This document shows, one piece after another, positions 27,801 to 38,760 of a DNA stretch of 64,000 nucleotides (its first letter is position 1; each line of letters opens with the position of its first letter). The notes beneath the pieces are model-generated. The model had not been told where the DNA came from, ran no database searches, and saw only the letters and a list, made by a program, of their open reading frames with translations. This stretch comes from Raillietiella orientalis (lineage: Eukaryota), in the NCBI GenBank assembly GCA_036172245.1, contig JAYWIR010000011.1, positions 3,224,001 to 3,288,000 on the forward strand. Direction: 5' to 3'. The position numbers and the translations under genes were made by a program.

Positions 27801-30800
27801 CCACATGACTCCGGAGATGATCCCTCCTTCCTCTTCTCTTGCGCAGCGGAAGGACATCGGGTGTGCGGCCTTGGCATTCCCTCACGCGAGCTCGTTAGAC
27901 TTGTTCGCTAAACTTGGGGTGCCGTGACCTCCGCAGCGGCCACGACGACGACGACGACGAGGGCGGTGGCGGGCAAGGGCGGAGGACGGTGCTCTCAACA
28001 GCAGCAGCAGCAGTGAGGGAGAAAGAGAGAAACCTTAAGCTTCCGCATATCGGCGCGCTTCGTACCCTTCGGTCCTGGTCACCTTCGTCCGTTCTCCCTT
28101 TTCGAGCAGGGATCGGATCTGGGAGAATAGAGTTGGGAGGCGAAGACTGGGGGGAGGAGGAAGCGTCGGCTGCCGGGTGCTTCAGCCCGCGTGACGCTCG
28201 CGGTGGGAAGATTCGGGAACGAAGAGACCCGAGACAAGCGGAACCTGACCGGGAGAAGAGGAACCTCCCTCTGTAATCCCAGCTGTCCTCTCTCCTGGGG
28301 TTGTACCTCAGTGGGATGTACGGGGATGCGCATCTCCCCGATGCCTCATTGTCATGGGAAATGGTGGGGAGTGGAGGAGGAAGAGAGGGTCCACGTGGTG
28401 GGCGGGACGAGCTGAAGGGGGGAAAGAGGTGGAGAGAGGACTGCAGGGTTGGGAACTCAGTGGCGGAGGATGCGCCCAGAGCCGGGGCCCTGAAGGAGAC
28501 CGAACGAGCTGGATATGGGACAGGGAAGGGAGAGAGCAGGAAGGCATGGACTGTGTGTGTGTATGGGGGAGGTCCACACAGTGTGGACCTTTCCCTCTTT
28601 CTCCCCGTGGAACACCCAGGACACGTACCTGCCGTGCCGCGGTTGCACACGTTATTCCGGGACTGCCTTCTGCACATGTCCAACCTGGAAGAACAAGAGT
28701 TGCGTCCTCCTCATCACCATCCTCAAGAAGACGGCCCCCAATGCGGCATCCCTCCTTCCTCCCTCTCGTTCACTGGGAGCCTTGGGGAGCTTGGGAAGAA
28801 GGTGAGTCCCCTGAGCCCTGGATGTCGCTGTCGGGAGACTTCTTCTCTCCCTCCCTTCTCCTCGTCTCACCCCGTCGCTCCCCTTCCCAAAAAGTTACCT
28901 CTGGAGAAGATTGGAAAGGGAAGGGAGAGAACCTCAGGATCTGGAGAACCTTCTCCTCCTCCCATCTCTTCATCGATCAGACAGATCCTCTCTTCCCTTT
29001 CCTACCAGTGCTCGAAATGAAGTAGGTATGAGGGGGGAGGAGAGGCAGGGGATGACTTGCTTCCGCATCCCCTCCATTAATTTCTTCCAAGGTTCCGGAA
29101 GACACGCACACGTCCCGGTCGCGGCCTCGGGCGAATTTCACAAGCGTGCTCAGGCACGCACTCGCGCGCGAGGGAGGGAGCGCGTGAGCCGCCCAGACAA
29201 GGAAAGGGAGCGGCTCCTCCAGACAAAGGGGGGAAAGGGATGGAGGAAGCGCAGGGGAGGGGAGGAACGCAGGCAGAGCGACGACGACCCCTCACTCACT
29301 TCGTGATGGCGATGGCAATGTCGTAGGTGGGCAGCCTCCTCTCCACGAAGAGGTACTTTCCCATGTCCGTGAGGCTAGCGGCGGAGTCAATGGCGTCCTT
29401 GCCCACCCTATTCCTTTCCAGGTAGGGAGTGGCATCCCTGCCCTGCAGAGAGGGAGGGCCAACAAGTGGTTCGAAAGACCGGGGAGGACGAAGGAGCTCA
29501 CCTTGGAGATGACGATGCCGGCCACGGAGAGCTTGACCCTCGGCTCCCGCAGAAGCTTGTACCGCAGATCCACTCCATTCCAGAAGGACACGAAGTACTT
29601 CTTGATGATCCTGTTGTCAGCGTTGTGCAGCCTGGAATCAGCAGAGTGTTGGTAGCCCCAATCCGCATTCGGAGGCGATACGCTCAGGGATGGCGGCGAG
29701 AGAGGGATGGGAAGGGAAGAGAGGAAGGAAAAGGAAAGGGAAGGAGAAGAGGGAACGTCCGAGAAGAGGAAGAAGATCTCAGTCACAGGAAGAGGAAGGA
29801 AGGGAATGGGAAGAAAAAAAAAGGGCACGCACTTGTAGCCGTCGAAATCTACGAAGATGAGGATCTCCGGGTAGATCACCGACGGGGCGTCCCGCTTCCT
29901 CCGCGACTTCGGGAAGTTCCCGTCCTCCGTTGGCTCCTGGTCCCGTTCCATGAACACTGAAGAGCGCGCGGTCAGGGTTGATGGTGCGCGTGGGTGGGCG
30001 AATGCGTCCCGATCCCTCAGAGAAGGAGGGACCCTGATGCCCTTCCCATGGAGGCCACCCCTGTGGGGGATGGATGGGAAGGGCAAGGTCTCCCTCGCCC
30101 ACTTCCGCCCCCAGGCGACTCCGAGGAGGGGCCCACTCTCCCCCTTCCCGACTCACCGTAGTCGGTGTCGGGAGGCTGGAAGTTGCGCTTGTAGATCACG
30201 TGGAAGCCCGAGGATTCCTGCGTCTGGGCGTGAGCTGGCACGCTCGCGTCCCTGGGGTCACCTCCGGCCCTCGTGCCGTTCATCATGTGCTGCTTCAGCA
30301 CCTCCGGCGCAGGTCGGATGACGAACTCGTTGCCAATTGTACCATCCTGAAGTGGGAAAGGAAGAGGAGGAGGAGCCGGAAGACGGAAGGGGGGGAGGCC
30401 AAGGAGGAGGAAGCCTCCAGGGATCTTCCCCTATCCGGGAAGAAGAGACCAAGCAGAGGGGGAAAGTCAAAGAGACCACGCCACGAACACGATTCCTTTT
30501 CGTGCTCCCAGGGCGGGTGGATCCGGGATCGGCGCGCTCTCGAGAGGCCCTCCAGAGAATTTGAACCCCTCGCTTTTCCTTTGAAGAGGGTATACACGGC
30601 CTTGGGGGTGGAGGAGGGGCGAGAGTCTGAAGGGGTAGGCAGGGAACCGAGGCTGGAACCCGCTTCCACCCTCCCGTTTCCTGCTTGTCTTCTGTGTTGC
30701 CTCCCGCCACGCCGCCGCTGCTCTTGGAGAACTCTGCCCTGCTGGCGGTGGCATCGCAGAGGCAGAAGGGGGTCCACACGGGTACCGAAGGGGAGGGGGG

Positions 30801-33800
30801 AGAAGCCAATAGCTCTCCCAAGGCCAGAGCCTATCAGCTGATCTCCTCTCTCCCTCACCGTCCCAGTCATCTTTCCACCAACCTCATCCCCGGATCGCTT
30901 ACACCTCAGGGAATAACGAGCGGAAGAAAGAGGATGAGGATGAGGATGAGGTGGAGGCAGACTGCTCCTCCCCTTTCTCCATTTCCTTGACGCCGCCTTG
31001 TCCTCTCTTTCCTCTAAGAGGAGGAAAGGGACTCGTTCTTGCTCGCTCGACGAAGAGATTGAGGGATTCTTCCTGTGTTTACCTCCAAGTCCTATGGAGG
31101 GTCCATCTCCCTTTCATCGCTTCGATACTCCTCCTTCGACTACGAGTGGGATGGGACGAAGGAAGTGCCGCCAGCAGAAACCTAGTGGACGCATCAGCTT
31201 CCTCTCCCCGATTTTTCCCGCTCCCATGTCGCCAAGGGTACTTCTTTTCCTAGGAATTCTCCTCCTCCATCTTCCTGTGGGAGTGTTGACGAGATTAGTG
31301 GAGGAGGCTGCTTAAAATGTCTGAGATGAGTCGCTTCCGATTCCTTTCTGTGATCGGCTCTTTCTACCAGGCTGGAAGACGATCCATGCGTGCAGCAGAG
31401 GGAGAAGAAATGGAAGCTGAAGCTGAGCTCCCTGGTTCCCTGCTCTTGATCTGCCCCTCCCGAAGGGAATGGTACATGCAGAGGAGGGAAGTTTCCACTT
31501 CCCTCCTCTGCATGTACCATTCTCCTCTGCAAACTTTCCTTGGGTCCTCGATCTTCCAATCTGGTAGTATCCGTGTAGGTCCCAGCAAGTAAACCAGAAA
31601 CCACCTTCCTGGAACCCGTCTCGGGATGCTCTCGTGACCCGCAGCCCCCTCTTTGCGCCCTTCCCCTCTCGAGGAAACGGACGAGTGGGTCCACTCTCTT
31701 TTGCATCCGCTGCCTCCATGCTCTGCAGCTCCCTTGGGCGGGCGGCGGCTCCCCGCTTAGATGCACTCGCATGGGGAAGGCTCCTCTTCGCCAGACGCTG
31801 CTCGGCCAAACGAATGAACGACCTTCGTCGGAGGTTGATGGTAACCGGCTCACCGGAGGCGCACTGCCGGCTGATCGCCTGCTATCCATGGCGCTCACCT
31901 CCGGAGATCTCGCCGCCATCGTCTCCGTCCGGCTCCTGCAGCCGGAGGCAGAACTGCCTCGGCTTCCTCCAGCGACTCTGCCTTCTCCCGCTCCGCAAGG
32001 AGAGTAGAGGATGGAACCTCTGCTTGAGCGCGCCCGCCAACTCCTCGCCCCACGTGTGCTAGAGTCCCCAAGAAACGAACGGCAAAGGCGGCAGCCGACG
32101 GCCACCAGAAAAGAGCAGGCGAGGAGGTGGATGGCATGGTCGAAAGACGACGGACGAACCAGCCGACTGGAAGAGCGGAGCGCGCGCCATCTCCCGCGCG
32201 CATGGTTTTCAGAAGGACGGGGACGATGCGTCTTGGCAACAACTTGCTCATCGCTCGAGGCGCTCTCCAAAGAATCGGCAAACGGAGCGGCCTGATTTTT
32301 AGAGGCGTTTCCGGGACAAGGAGAAAAAGCGGAGCAGGGATTCGGGGGTCCGGGATCGATTCGCGGGAGGTCGTGGTCATCCCAAGAGGATTGAGGGTTG
32401 TCTCGGGTGCAGGGTCGCCCCTTGGTGAATCGCCTCCTTCAGGGGGAACCCCATCACAATCATCCCTTCCCTTCCTTGCGCCCCTCTGCTCCTGCCTTCT
32501 TGTCTTCAAGCACCCAACGAAGCGCACCTTGACCGCCATTTTCGTTCCGACCCCTTTCCGGAGGGACTTCTTCGACGCCAGCCCTGCTGCTGCCTCTTGC
32601 CGGCACTCTGGGGGTTCCGTGACCCATTCCAAACGCTCACCCCTCCGCTGCTCCTCCTCTTCTTCCTGCCTTCCCTCTCTTAGAAGACAGGGACGCCTCA
32701 CTCATACGCGCGTTCTTACAGTAGGGTCAAGACTGCGTTCTTCCACCTCTCTTCTCGCGAGAAGGGCGCAGAAACTCCGTCGATGTCGAATAGTCATCTC
32801 TCGTTTGGTACACGGAGGGGAGGAGGAATTTTGTGGCTTTCGACCGGGAGTTGGGAATCTCCCTGGGAAGGAACGGAAGAGGTGAAAAAGACCCTGGGGA
32901 TGTGGAAGAAGGGCGGGAAGGTGCCTAGGAGGGGTCTTCCGCATGAATCCTCTCGAGGGTTCCATGTGGAGGAGTAGGGACGCAAGGGATGGGAGTCGAT
33001 CTAGGGGGGAAGGAAAGGCCGTAGGGGACCAACCTGAGGGCACGTTTGGACGGGGATGTGGCAAGCGGAGGAGAGGCGGACGGGAAAGCAGTTCGGGAGA
33101 TGCAAGAAACAGAGAAGGAGAAAGGGGAACAGGTGGATGGAAGACCTCGGCGCCATGAGCGGGGAGCCGTCGCTGCCTTACCACCATGAGCGATCCGTCG
33201 ACGGCGTCGTGCTCCACCAGAAGCGCTGCCTCCTGCTCCAGATCCTGGTAGGCCTCCCCTACGTCTGGGTTTTCTTCCTAGAGGAGACAAAGGAAAGCGT
33301 GAGAGCGGCGTCTCGTTTCCATGAGCGGGAGGAGGTCTGCACCACCACCTCAGTTGTCGAGGAGGGTGGTGGTGATGGTGGTGGTGGAGGAGTCCGCCTT
33401 GTCTCCAAATCTTTGGGGGAAGGCGGGAAAGAAAGGGGAGTGGGCGGGTGAGGGAGGAGGGACCGAAAAGGACTGATGGCGAAAACCGATCTTTGAGCTC
33501 TCGCTGCACCCAGGGAAAATCCTGTTCCTGTCCTTTCCCTCAGGGGAGGTCGGCGGCGAAGCGCTGGGATCACAGGCCTCAGGGGGATCGAAAATGAGGT
33601 GAGGGGGAAGAAAGAAGGAAGAAAGGAAATGTTCGGGAGGAGCGCGCAGGTGACGGGATACAGAAGCTCCCGGAAACTCGCGCTCCTGCATATTCGCACA
33701 TATCCAACTGTTTCCACTACCGGGGCATTTTGCAACTACAAGCCGGGGTCGGGCGCGCGAGGGAGGAGAGACCGCAGAGGGAAATCCTGCGACCCCCGCG

Positions 33801-36800
33801 GTGGCACGCAGGATCCAAGGAACAAACGAACCGGGAGCACGCATGAGACCCGGAGGCAGGTTCTACGTGGACTTCAGTTCACCCGAGGCGGCGATCCTGG
33901 TGCTCTCGGATGCCGAAGGGAGCGCCCGAAGAGCGGGAGGCTTCTCGGGCGCCATCTCGGATCGGCCGCCACGCGGTCTTGGACGCGAAATCGACTCGTG
34001 GCAGCGCCGCCCACTACGTGCTAGCGGGCGGCGCCACCTTCTGTAGGAGCCATCCCTGAGGATTGTGATACTATCCCTCCGGTCATCGCTAAACTGCCGC
34101 TTTCTCGAAGAACAGGTGCTCCATTCCGAGAAGAGGGGGCTCCACGCACGCACGCATGCACTCTTGCACGTGATCCTGCAGCCAAGACGCGACTGCTATG
34201 CGCTGCGGAAGAAGATGGGCCCTGCGCCTTCTTCGGCTCCATGCGGCAGGAAGAAAGGGACAGAGACGCAGGGTGGGGAGAAGGAAAAGGAAAAAGATAG
34301 GAAGAGTAGATGGCTGGCATTCCCAGGTCGAATTGGTGACATTTATTGAGCGCGGAGAGGTCAGGGGACGTAGGCAGGCACCCCCGGACCGCGGAGGCGC
34401 CACAGTCGCGACGAGTGGGAGAGTGGGTGGAGCGACTACCTCTGGCCTCCACTCCCGACCTACTAGGGGAGGCGGGGAGCTGGAGCTGTGCATCCCTCTA
34501 GAGAAAGAACGAGGGAGGCGGCGCTCCACGGGACACGCGCATTCGGGTCCACCCAGCCGATCGGAAAGAAATCCCGGGATTCTCGAGGGTTCTGATGGAG
34601 GGGGAGCTGGGTTCGGAGCACTGGTCCTCCGTGGGGCACCCTGGTTTGGCATCGAGAAAGGGATAGGGAGCGAAAATCTCCTCCGCGCCCAAGCGGACGT
34701 CATTTCGGGACCAGGAGGGGAAAAGAAGGATCCGGGAAAGTCGAGAAGAGATGCAGCCAGAGATTGGGCTGCCTTCCCTGCTCTCCCTTTTTTTCTCTCT
34801 GGGATTCCGGCCGGGAGTCCCCTGCCCTCACAGGACTTTTAAATGAAATGGATGAACCTACCGCCCCCTTGGCTGCCGGATCTGCGGGGACCTTGGGCCA
34901 GTGTCCCCGCGAGGAATGAAGAAAGTCCTCAGGAGCGGGAGACCTCTCTCTCACGGAAGCCGGAGACGAGAGGGAGGAGGGGAAGAGAGAGTGCGGGAAA
35001 AGGGAAGAGGGATGGGTGAGGGAAGGGAGGGAGCTCAGAAACTGCGGAAGGATGCGTACAGAAGGGATAAGGCAGCTTCTTTGAAGGCAGCGGGAAACGG
35101 AAAGCGGATGGGGGAGGGGGTCTGTGGGGCGGAAGTCGAAGGCGGGCGTAGGCGGAAGCAGTGGAACGGGAGGAAAGTACTCACGTCCTGAACCTCCTCG
35201 TACTGCAGCTCGCCGTTCTTCTTGTCCGCGTAGAACAGCTTGACCTTTTTCCCGTTCTTGAGGAGGTCATCGTTGGGCTCCAGATTCAAGGCCATGTTGG
35301 TGCCGAATGCGCTCAGGTGGATCTGCCTGCCGCGCGAGCCGTCAGTCGACCTCCTGGTCAGGCTGCGCACCTGCACGACGTCGAACTCGGGAGCTAGAAA
35401 CAAAAGAGAGAGAGAGAAATAGAAGAGGGAGGAATTCCTGAAGAAAAGAGGGAGAGCGAGTGAGGACCCCGTAGCCACCCAGATTCCTCTTCCGCACCAT
35501 TCCACTTCCTTATCACCATACGCTCTAGAGGGGGGAAGGAGGTAAGGGGGAAAAGTCCTCAACTACCCTTCGACACCGTCCGCGTGTCGAGCACGAGCAT
35601 CTCCCTCTCTGCGCCCCATTCCCTTTCCAAGGTGGACCGCAGGGAAGAGAACAGAGAAAGGGGATCCTATCCAAAACCCTTGTAAAAGATACTCTCCTCC
35701 TCCTTTTCACCACCACCGGTGGACTCCGTGGTGACTAAGGAAACGGATAAAGCTCAGAGAGACAGCTGGAAATCTTCCTGCAACGCAGTGGCGTCTCTGC
35801 GCCTTCGAAGGCGGGAGAGGAGCGGGTCTTTGCGAGGGTGAAGGCGATGGGGTCCGCGTTATTCCGGGATGAGGCGGAGAACAAGAGAGAAGACACCCGG
35901 AAGGAGGCGGTCTATCCTCCACTCCAAGAAGGGGGATGTCCAGTGGCAGGCTTAGGCGGCTCCAGGTACCAAGGAAGACAGGGAGAGGCGGGGAAAGTTC
36001 AAAAAGTCAGCTACTGTTCGGGCGGATCTAGAGGAGTCAAGGAGACGCCCAGGAAAAGCGGGACAAGCAGATGCTCTTTCGACGAACCCATGACCTCCTT
36101 CCTCCAGCACCGCCTTAGATCTGTCTCTCGGTAATCGTGGTGCGTGGCCCTCTACCACCTACAGAGGTCGACCCGACCGCCAGCGGTGGCGGACGAAGAA
36201 AGGCGCGTCGCCTGGCGGGTGGACGCGAGACGGACAAGAGGCGCGGACACTCGCGGATCACTCGGAGGGATAGGGTCAAGGTCCTTGTATCGCGCACGCG
36301 CGCAGCGCCCCCTTGCGTAGCGCGCCGGAGCGCTTCCGGGAGTCCGCAGAGACCTCATTCCCTGAGGGATGGTAGCAGTCGCTTCCTTCCGGGAGGAGAC
36401 GAAGTACTTCTTGATGATCCCCGGATGTGGGCAGCCCAGAAGGAGAAGGCAAAGGTGGATCGAGGATGAAGAAGGAGCAGCTCCGCTGCATCGTTGCTAC
36501 TCATGGAGGCAGCACTTCCCGGAAGCAAAACCACCTCACGACACGGTCCACCCGTCCGTATGCTTCCCTCCGTGGACACTCGACGAGGCGGGAGCCGTTC
36601 GCTTCCGGCAGGCAGGGTCTCTGCAGCCTCTATGGACCAATCGCCGCTACGTCCTCATACGGACTTAGTATCCTCGAGACGCGGTTCTTTTACTCCGCGT
36701 GACCAGGGAAAGGAGGACCTTGGGGCGAGGGTGGTGCTCGTGACCTTCGTGTGCAGCACCTGTTTCCTTCCTCCTTCGGTGACAAGGGAAGTCACGTGGG

Positions 36801-38111
36801 AATCCCATCAAAGACCGCTGGTTTTCCTTGCGTCTTCCCGAGCCTCTCTTGCCAGCTCCCATTGGGTGGAGCTGCAATCAAGTGCAGCAGTGGCCGGAAA
36901 GCTGTTGAGTCCACTTCTTCGTCTCGTCCCACCCTTCGGTGTACAGGCGAAGCGGCTGCAGGTCTCCTCTCATGCTGCTGCTGCCGCTCCTCCGGGAAGA
37001 GAAGGAAGGTTGGCGGCTCGTCTCGTACCGCTTGACCCTAGATGATCGCACGGAAGACTTCGGGATTTTCCTCTGGATTCGGTGGAGGAGAATGGGCCAG
37101 CAACAGGAGGTTGGATGTTACCGTTCTTCCCGCACTGCGGAAGTGGCCAGCCGCGCGTGCATCGACGTGCGACTCAGCTACCTCTTAAAGGTTGAGGCAA
37201 AAGAGGGAGGAAGCCCAGCAGACCCCTTCCTCCCACTTTTTCCGGAAGGCTCCCATCCCACCTCCCTTCTACTCCCTCCAGTCCCCTCCAAGAACGGCGG
37301 CGGGACGCGAGGCGATCGCGCCGCTGCGGTGGGTGAAGGGCGGTGGCGTGTCCCAGAAGGATAAAGAGGGGGAGAAGAGACTCACCTTCCTGCGCCTGCT
37401 CGACGTGAAACACATTCCTGATCTCGTGAGACGTCATTTTGGAGAGCATCTGGAGGAGTGGGGGGGGAAGGAACAAGAGATTAGTCCACTTTTGGAGAGA
37501 TGGAGCCACTCAGACTGCTGAAAGGCGAGCATCCGCGGTGCAGTGCGCAGGGGCTCTGGTCTGCGTGGGGTCGGAAAGGGCTTTCCGTCCTCCTGCCTCC
37601 CCCCTTCGGCCAGCGCCCATGTCCAGCAGTTGCATCGCTCGTGCCATCTCCTGCCATGAAGAGGGGAACTGACGGGCATTCACGCCTCCATCATGGACCA
37701 GGTGAAGTGCGGAAGGCGCATGGGAGGAGCAGTTCTACCCCAGAGGCTTCCCCTACGCTTCCTCCCCTCAGGTGCGAGGTGTTCGGACTTGGCACAGTGA
37801 CGAAGAAGCGAGGTACGGACGCTCGGGTTTCCGAGGCGCCACCCCGTGTCTCCGCCTCCGCAACTTCTGGACTGGGGGACAGAGAGAGAGTTTCCGTGGG
37901 GGCGCGTTCTCTCTTCGCCCTTCTCCTCCCCCTCTCCGACACCCCAATCCGCTTACGTGCGCTTCCGAGAATAAGACTCCGCGCGCCCCGGCGGTGCAAG
38001 CGAGCGCTCTGGCAACCATCCGCTGCGCCAACTCACGTGAGAGAACTGAGATGCACAGGTCCGCGAGATTAGTACGAGATGCAGCGCACAGGAAAGAAGG
38101 CGTGCGTTCAT
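20483..38111 (-). CDS. sona: Secreted ADAMTS-like M12B zinc metalloprotease lacking TSP1 repeats (Drosophila Sol narae / C. elegans MIG-17 type), about 830 aa
   Basis: 16 coding exons, all GT-AG and phase-consistent (2493 nt): 38111-38037 (signal peptide MNARLLSCALHLVLISRTCA), 37449-37386, 35393-35185, 33277-33182, 30346-30157, 29956-29833 (furin site RRKR), 29631-29502, 29442-29300, 28684-28629, 25632-25506, 25439-25275 (HELGHLLGAVHD, Met-turn GYIMS), 25227-25101, 23255-23151, 23081-22840, 22723-22230 (S/T/P-rich), 20628-20483 (six-Cys PLAC-like CRNERKKIGDLTCEQF...YCFHRYIQKNCCKSFNEFC). The family call is secure; the sona orthology is recalled from the motif GFAYVGGACVVNKRLEKVNSVAIIEDTGGFSG and is unverified. 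Confidence 0.92.
20820..21220 (+). pseudogene. Decayed M12B paralog relic (R8), antisense in intron 15
   Basis: SLTTLWSVLGVRRRCARSPPRRL aligns ungapped to YFVSFWNGVDLRYKLLREPRVKL; then ERDRAQLFL (GRDATPYL), GEEGDGF...LLGS (IEDTGGF...LLGA), CLMS (YIMS). Confidence 0.5.
21812..21837. repeat. (AG)13 microsatellite
   Basis: Direct reading. Confidence 0.9.
23478..23770 (-). pseudogene. Decayed M12B paralog relic (R7), sense, intron 12
   Basis: GVTAA (GIIVAA), RCPEKAG (RCRWEDG), and gccgggaagctctcttctcggggacgcagtg versus exon 12 ccagggaagcttctcagcctggacgcacagtg (PGKLLSLDAQC), in order. Confidence 0.45.
24150..24680 (+). pseudogene. Decayed M12B paralog relic (R6), antisense, intron 12
   Basis: VQVRLTIR (PRVKLSVA), SALPF (DATPY), STAYIR (GFAYVG), DASWFLG then AAH (DTGGFSG..AAH), GCPS, in order. 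Confidence 0.45.
25760..27390 (+). pseudogene. Near full-length decayed M12B paralog (R4), antisense, intron 9
   Basis: Pro- to catalytic-domain motifs in order: DLNEHDQ...IPEARIVRV...AFGRE (KMTSHEI...APEFDVVQV...AFGTN), TKASLF..DVTKG (QEAALL..DAVDG), RERNEIHP, EYLA..EVDLR (26715), RRPFL..VLDLEKS..DWAVAV, RFAPTPGGA, TAA-7aa-GITH (VAA-HELGHLL-GAVH), ADG..FWLSDFS. Stops and frameshifts throughout. Confidence 0.65.
27620..27860 (+). pseudogene. Internally deleted M12B paralog relic (R5), antisense, intron 9
   Basis: One frame: RYCLLFSSFVSVRY (KYFVSFWNGVDLRY, ungapped), MASHQTGPYGVLDG (VAAHELGHLLGAVHDG), GCPSLADG, FLFSC. Confidence 0.5.
31467..31522. repeat. Perfect 26-bp inverted repeat, 4-nt loop
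   Basis: gaatggtacatgcagaggagggaagt (31467-31492) TTCC acttccctcctctgcatgtaccattc (31497-31522). Confidence 0.95.
31540..32620 (-). pseudogene. Near full-length decayed M12B paralog (R3), sense, intron 4
   Basis: In order: EPPE (EAPE), GVGTKMAVKV (AFGTNMALNL), PLFLLV (AALLV), KIRPL (VIRPA), IHL..FLVAVG..SFLGDS (IYPEILIFVD), RVAG (SVAG), SAMDSRRS (DAIDSAAS), GAAEHGGSGC (GFAYVGGAC). Confidence 0.65.
33855..34205 (+). pseudogene. Inverted decayed copy of prodomain exons 4-5 (R2), intron 3
   Basis: GRFYVDFSSPEAAILVLSDAEGS vs exon 4 GEAYQDLEQEAALLVEHDAVDGS (12 identities); HARTHALLHVI vs exon 5 HAQTQESSGFHVI (shared cacgtgatc). Confidence 0.7.
35875..37075 (-). pseudogene. Near full-length decayed M12B paralog (R1), sense, intron 2
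   Basis: EENPEV (exon 4 EENPDV); 22-nt exact match acgaagtacttcttgatgatcc (36399-36420 = 29590-29611; IIKKYFV); AVGSTSVGG (TAGFAYVGG); SKAVLEEGGHGF...PGRLLDS (SVAIIEDTGGF...LGHLLGA); PGAA*ACHW (PGATRCRW); LLSCS (WSSCS). Confidence 0.8.
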
Positions 38112-38269
38112 TCTCTGTCGCTGGAAAGTAGGGGGCGCAGCTTCCTCAACTCACGGTAAGTCGGTACCTGGAAAGACACGCCCCGAGGGCCGTCAGAGCT
38201 CGCCTCGCCATCGTCGCGCCGCTAAGTGGCGTCGGTGGCACACGTGCGCCGGACAGACCACGATCCGCA

Positions 38270-38760
38270 CCGTCCCCACCTCTCCGGAGTGCTCCAGAAA
38301 TCTCTGATCCTTATCCCCCTCCTTTCCCCTACCCTTCCCGGTGCTGCCGCCTCTTCCGCGCCGGCGCCTCGGGGACGCGTCCGCTGGTCGCCCGGGCGGT
38401 CCTCTGCCGAGGCGCCAGCGAATACCCCGTCCGGACAAGCGAGCAGCGGGCGGATCCGAGATCGTGCACTGGTCCGAGAGCTTCGGTTCGCGCCCCTGGA
38501 GCGATTCGCCTGCTCCGAGGAGAGGCAAACAAGGATATTTGAGAGGAGAACTTTCTCGAAGGCAGCAAAGAGTACAGAGGAAGGAAAGAGAGCTCTCTCC
38601 GGTGCACAAACGAGACGGCGGGCCTCGGCACAGAAACGTTCGCTTAGCGTGGTCCAGTGCTGGACACCGCCGAGCACGCGGACCTTCTCTTGGCTCTGCA
38701 TCGAATTCCCTCCCGCTCCGCGGAAGTACCAGAGTGGTACGGATGGACCTCCTCAAGGAG
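38270..38760 (+). pseudogene. Possible decayed M12B prodomain relic (R9) just upstream of the start codon
   Basis: HLSGVLQKSLILIP (HLSAFGTNMALNLEP), GRIRDRALVREL (GTIGNEFVIRPA), TRIFERR (HVIYKR). Weak. Confidence 0.3.
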
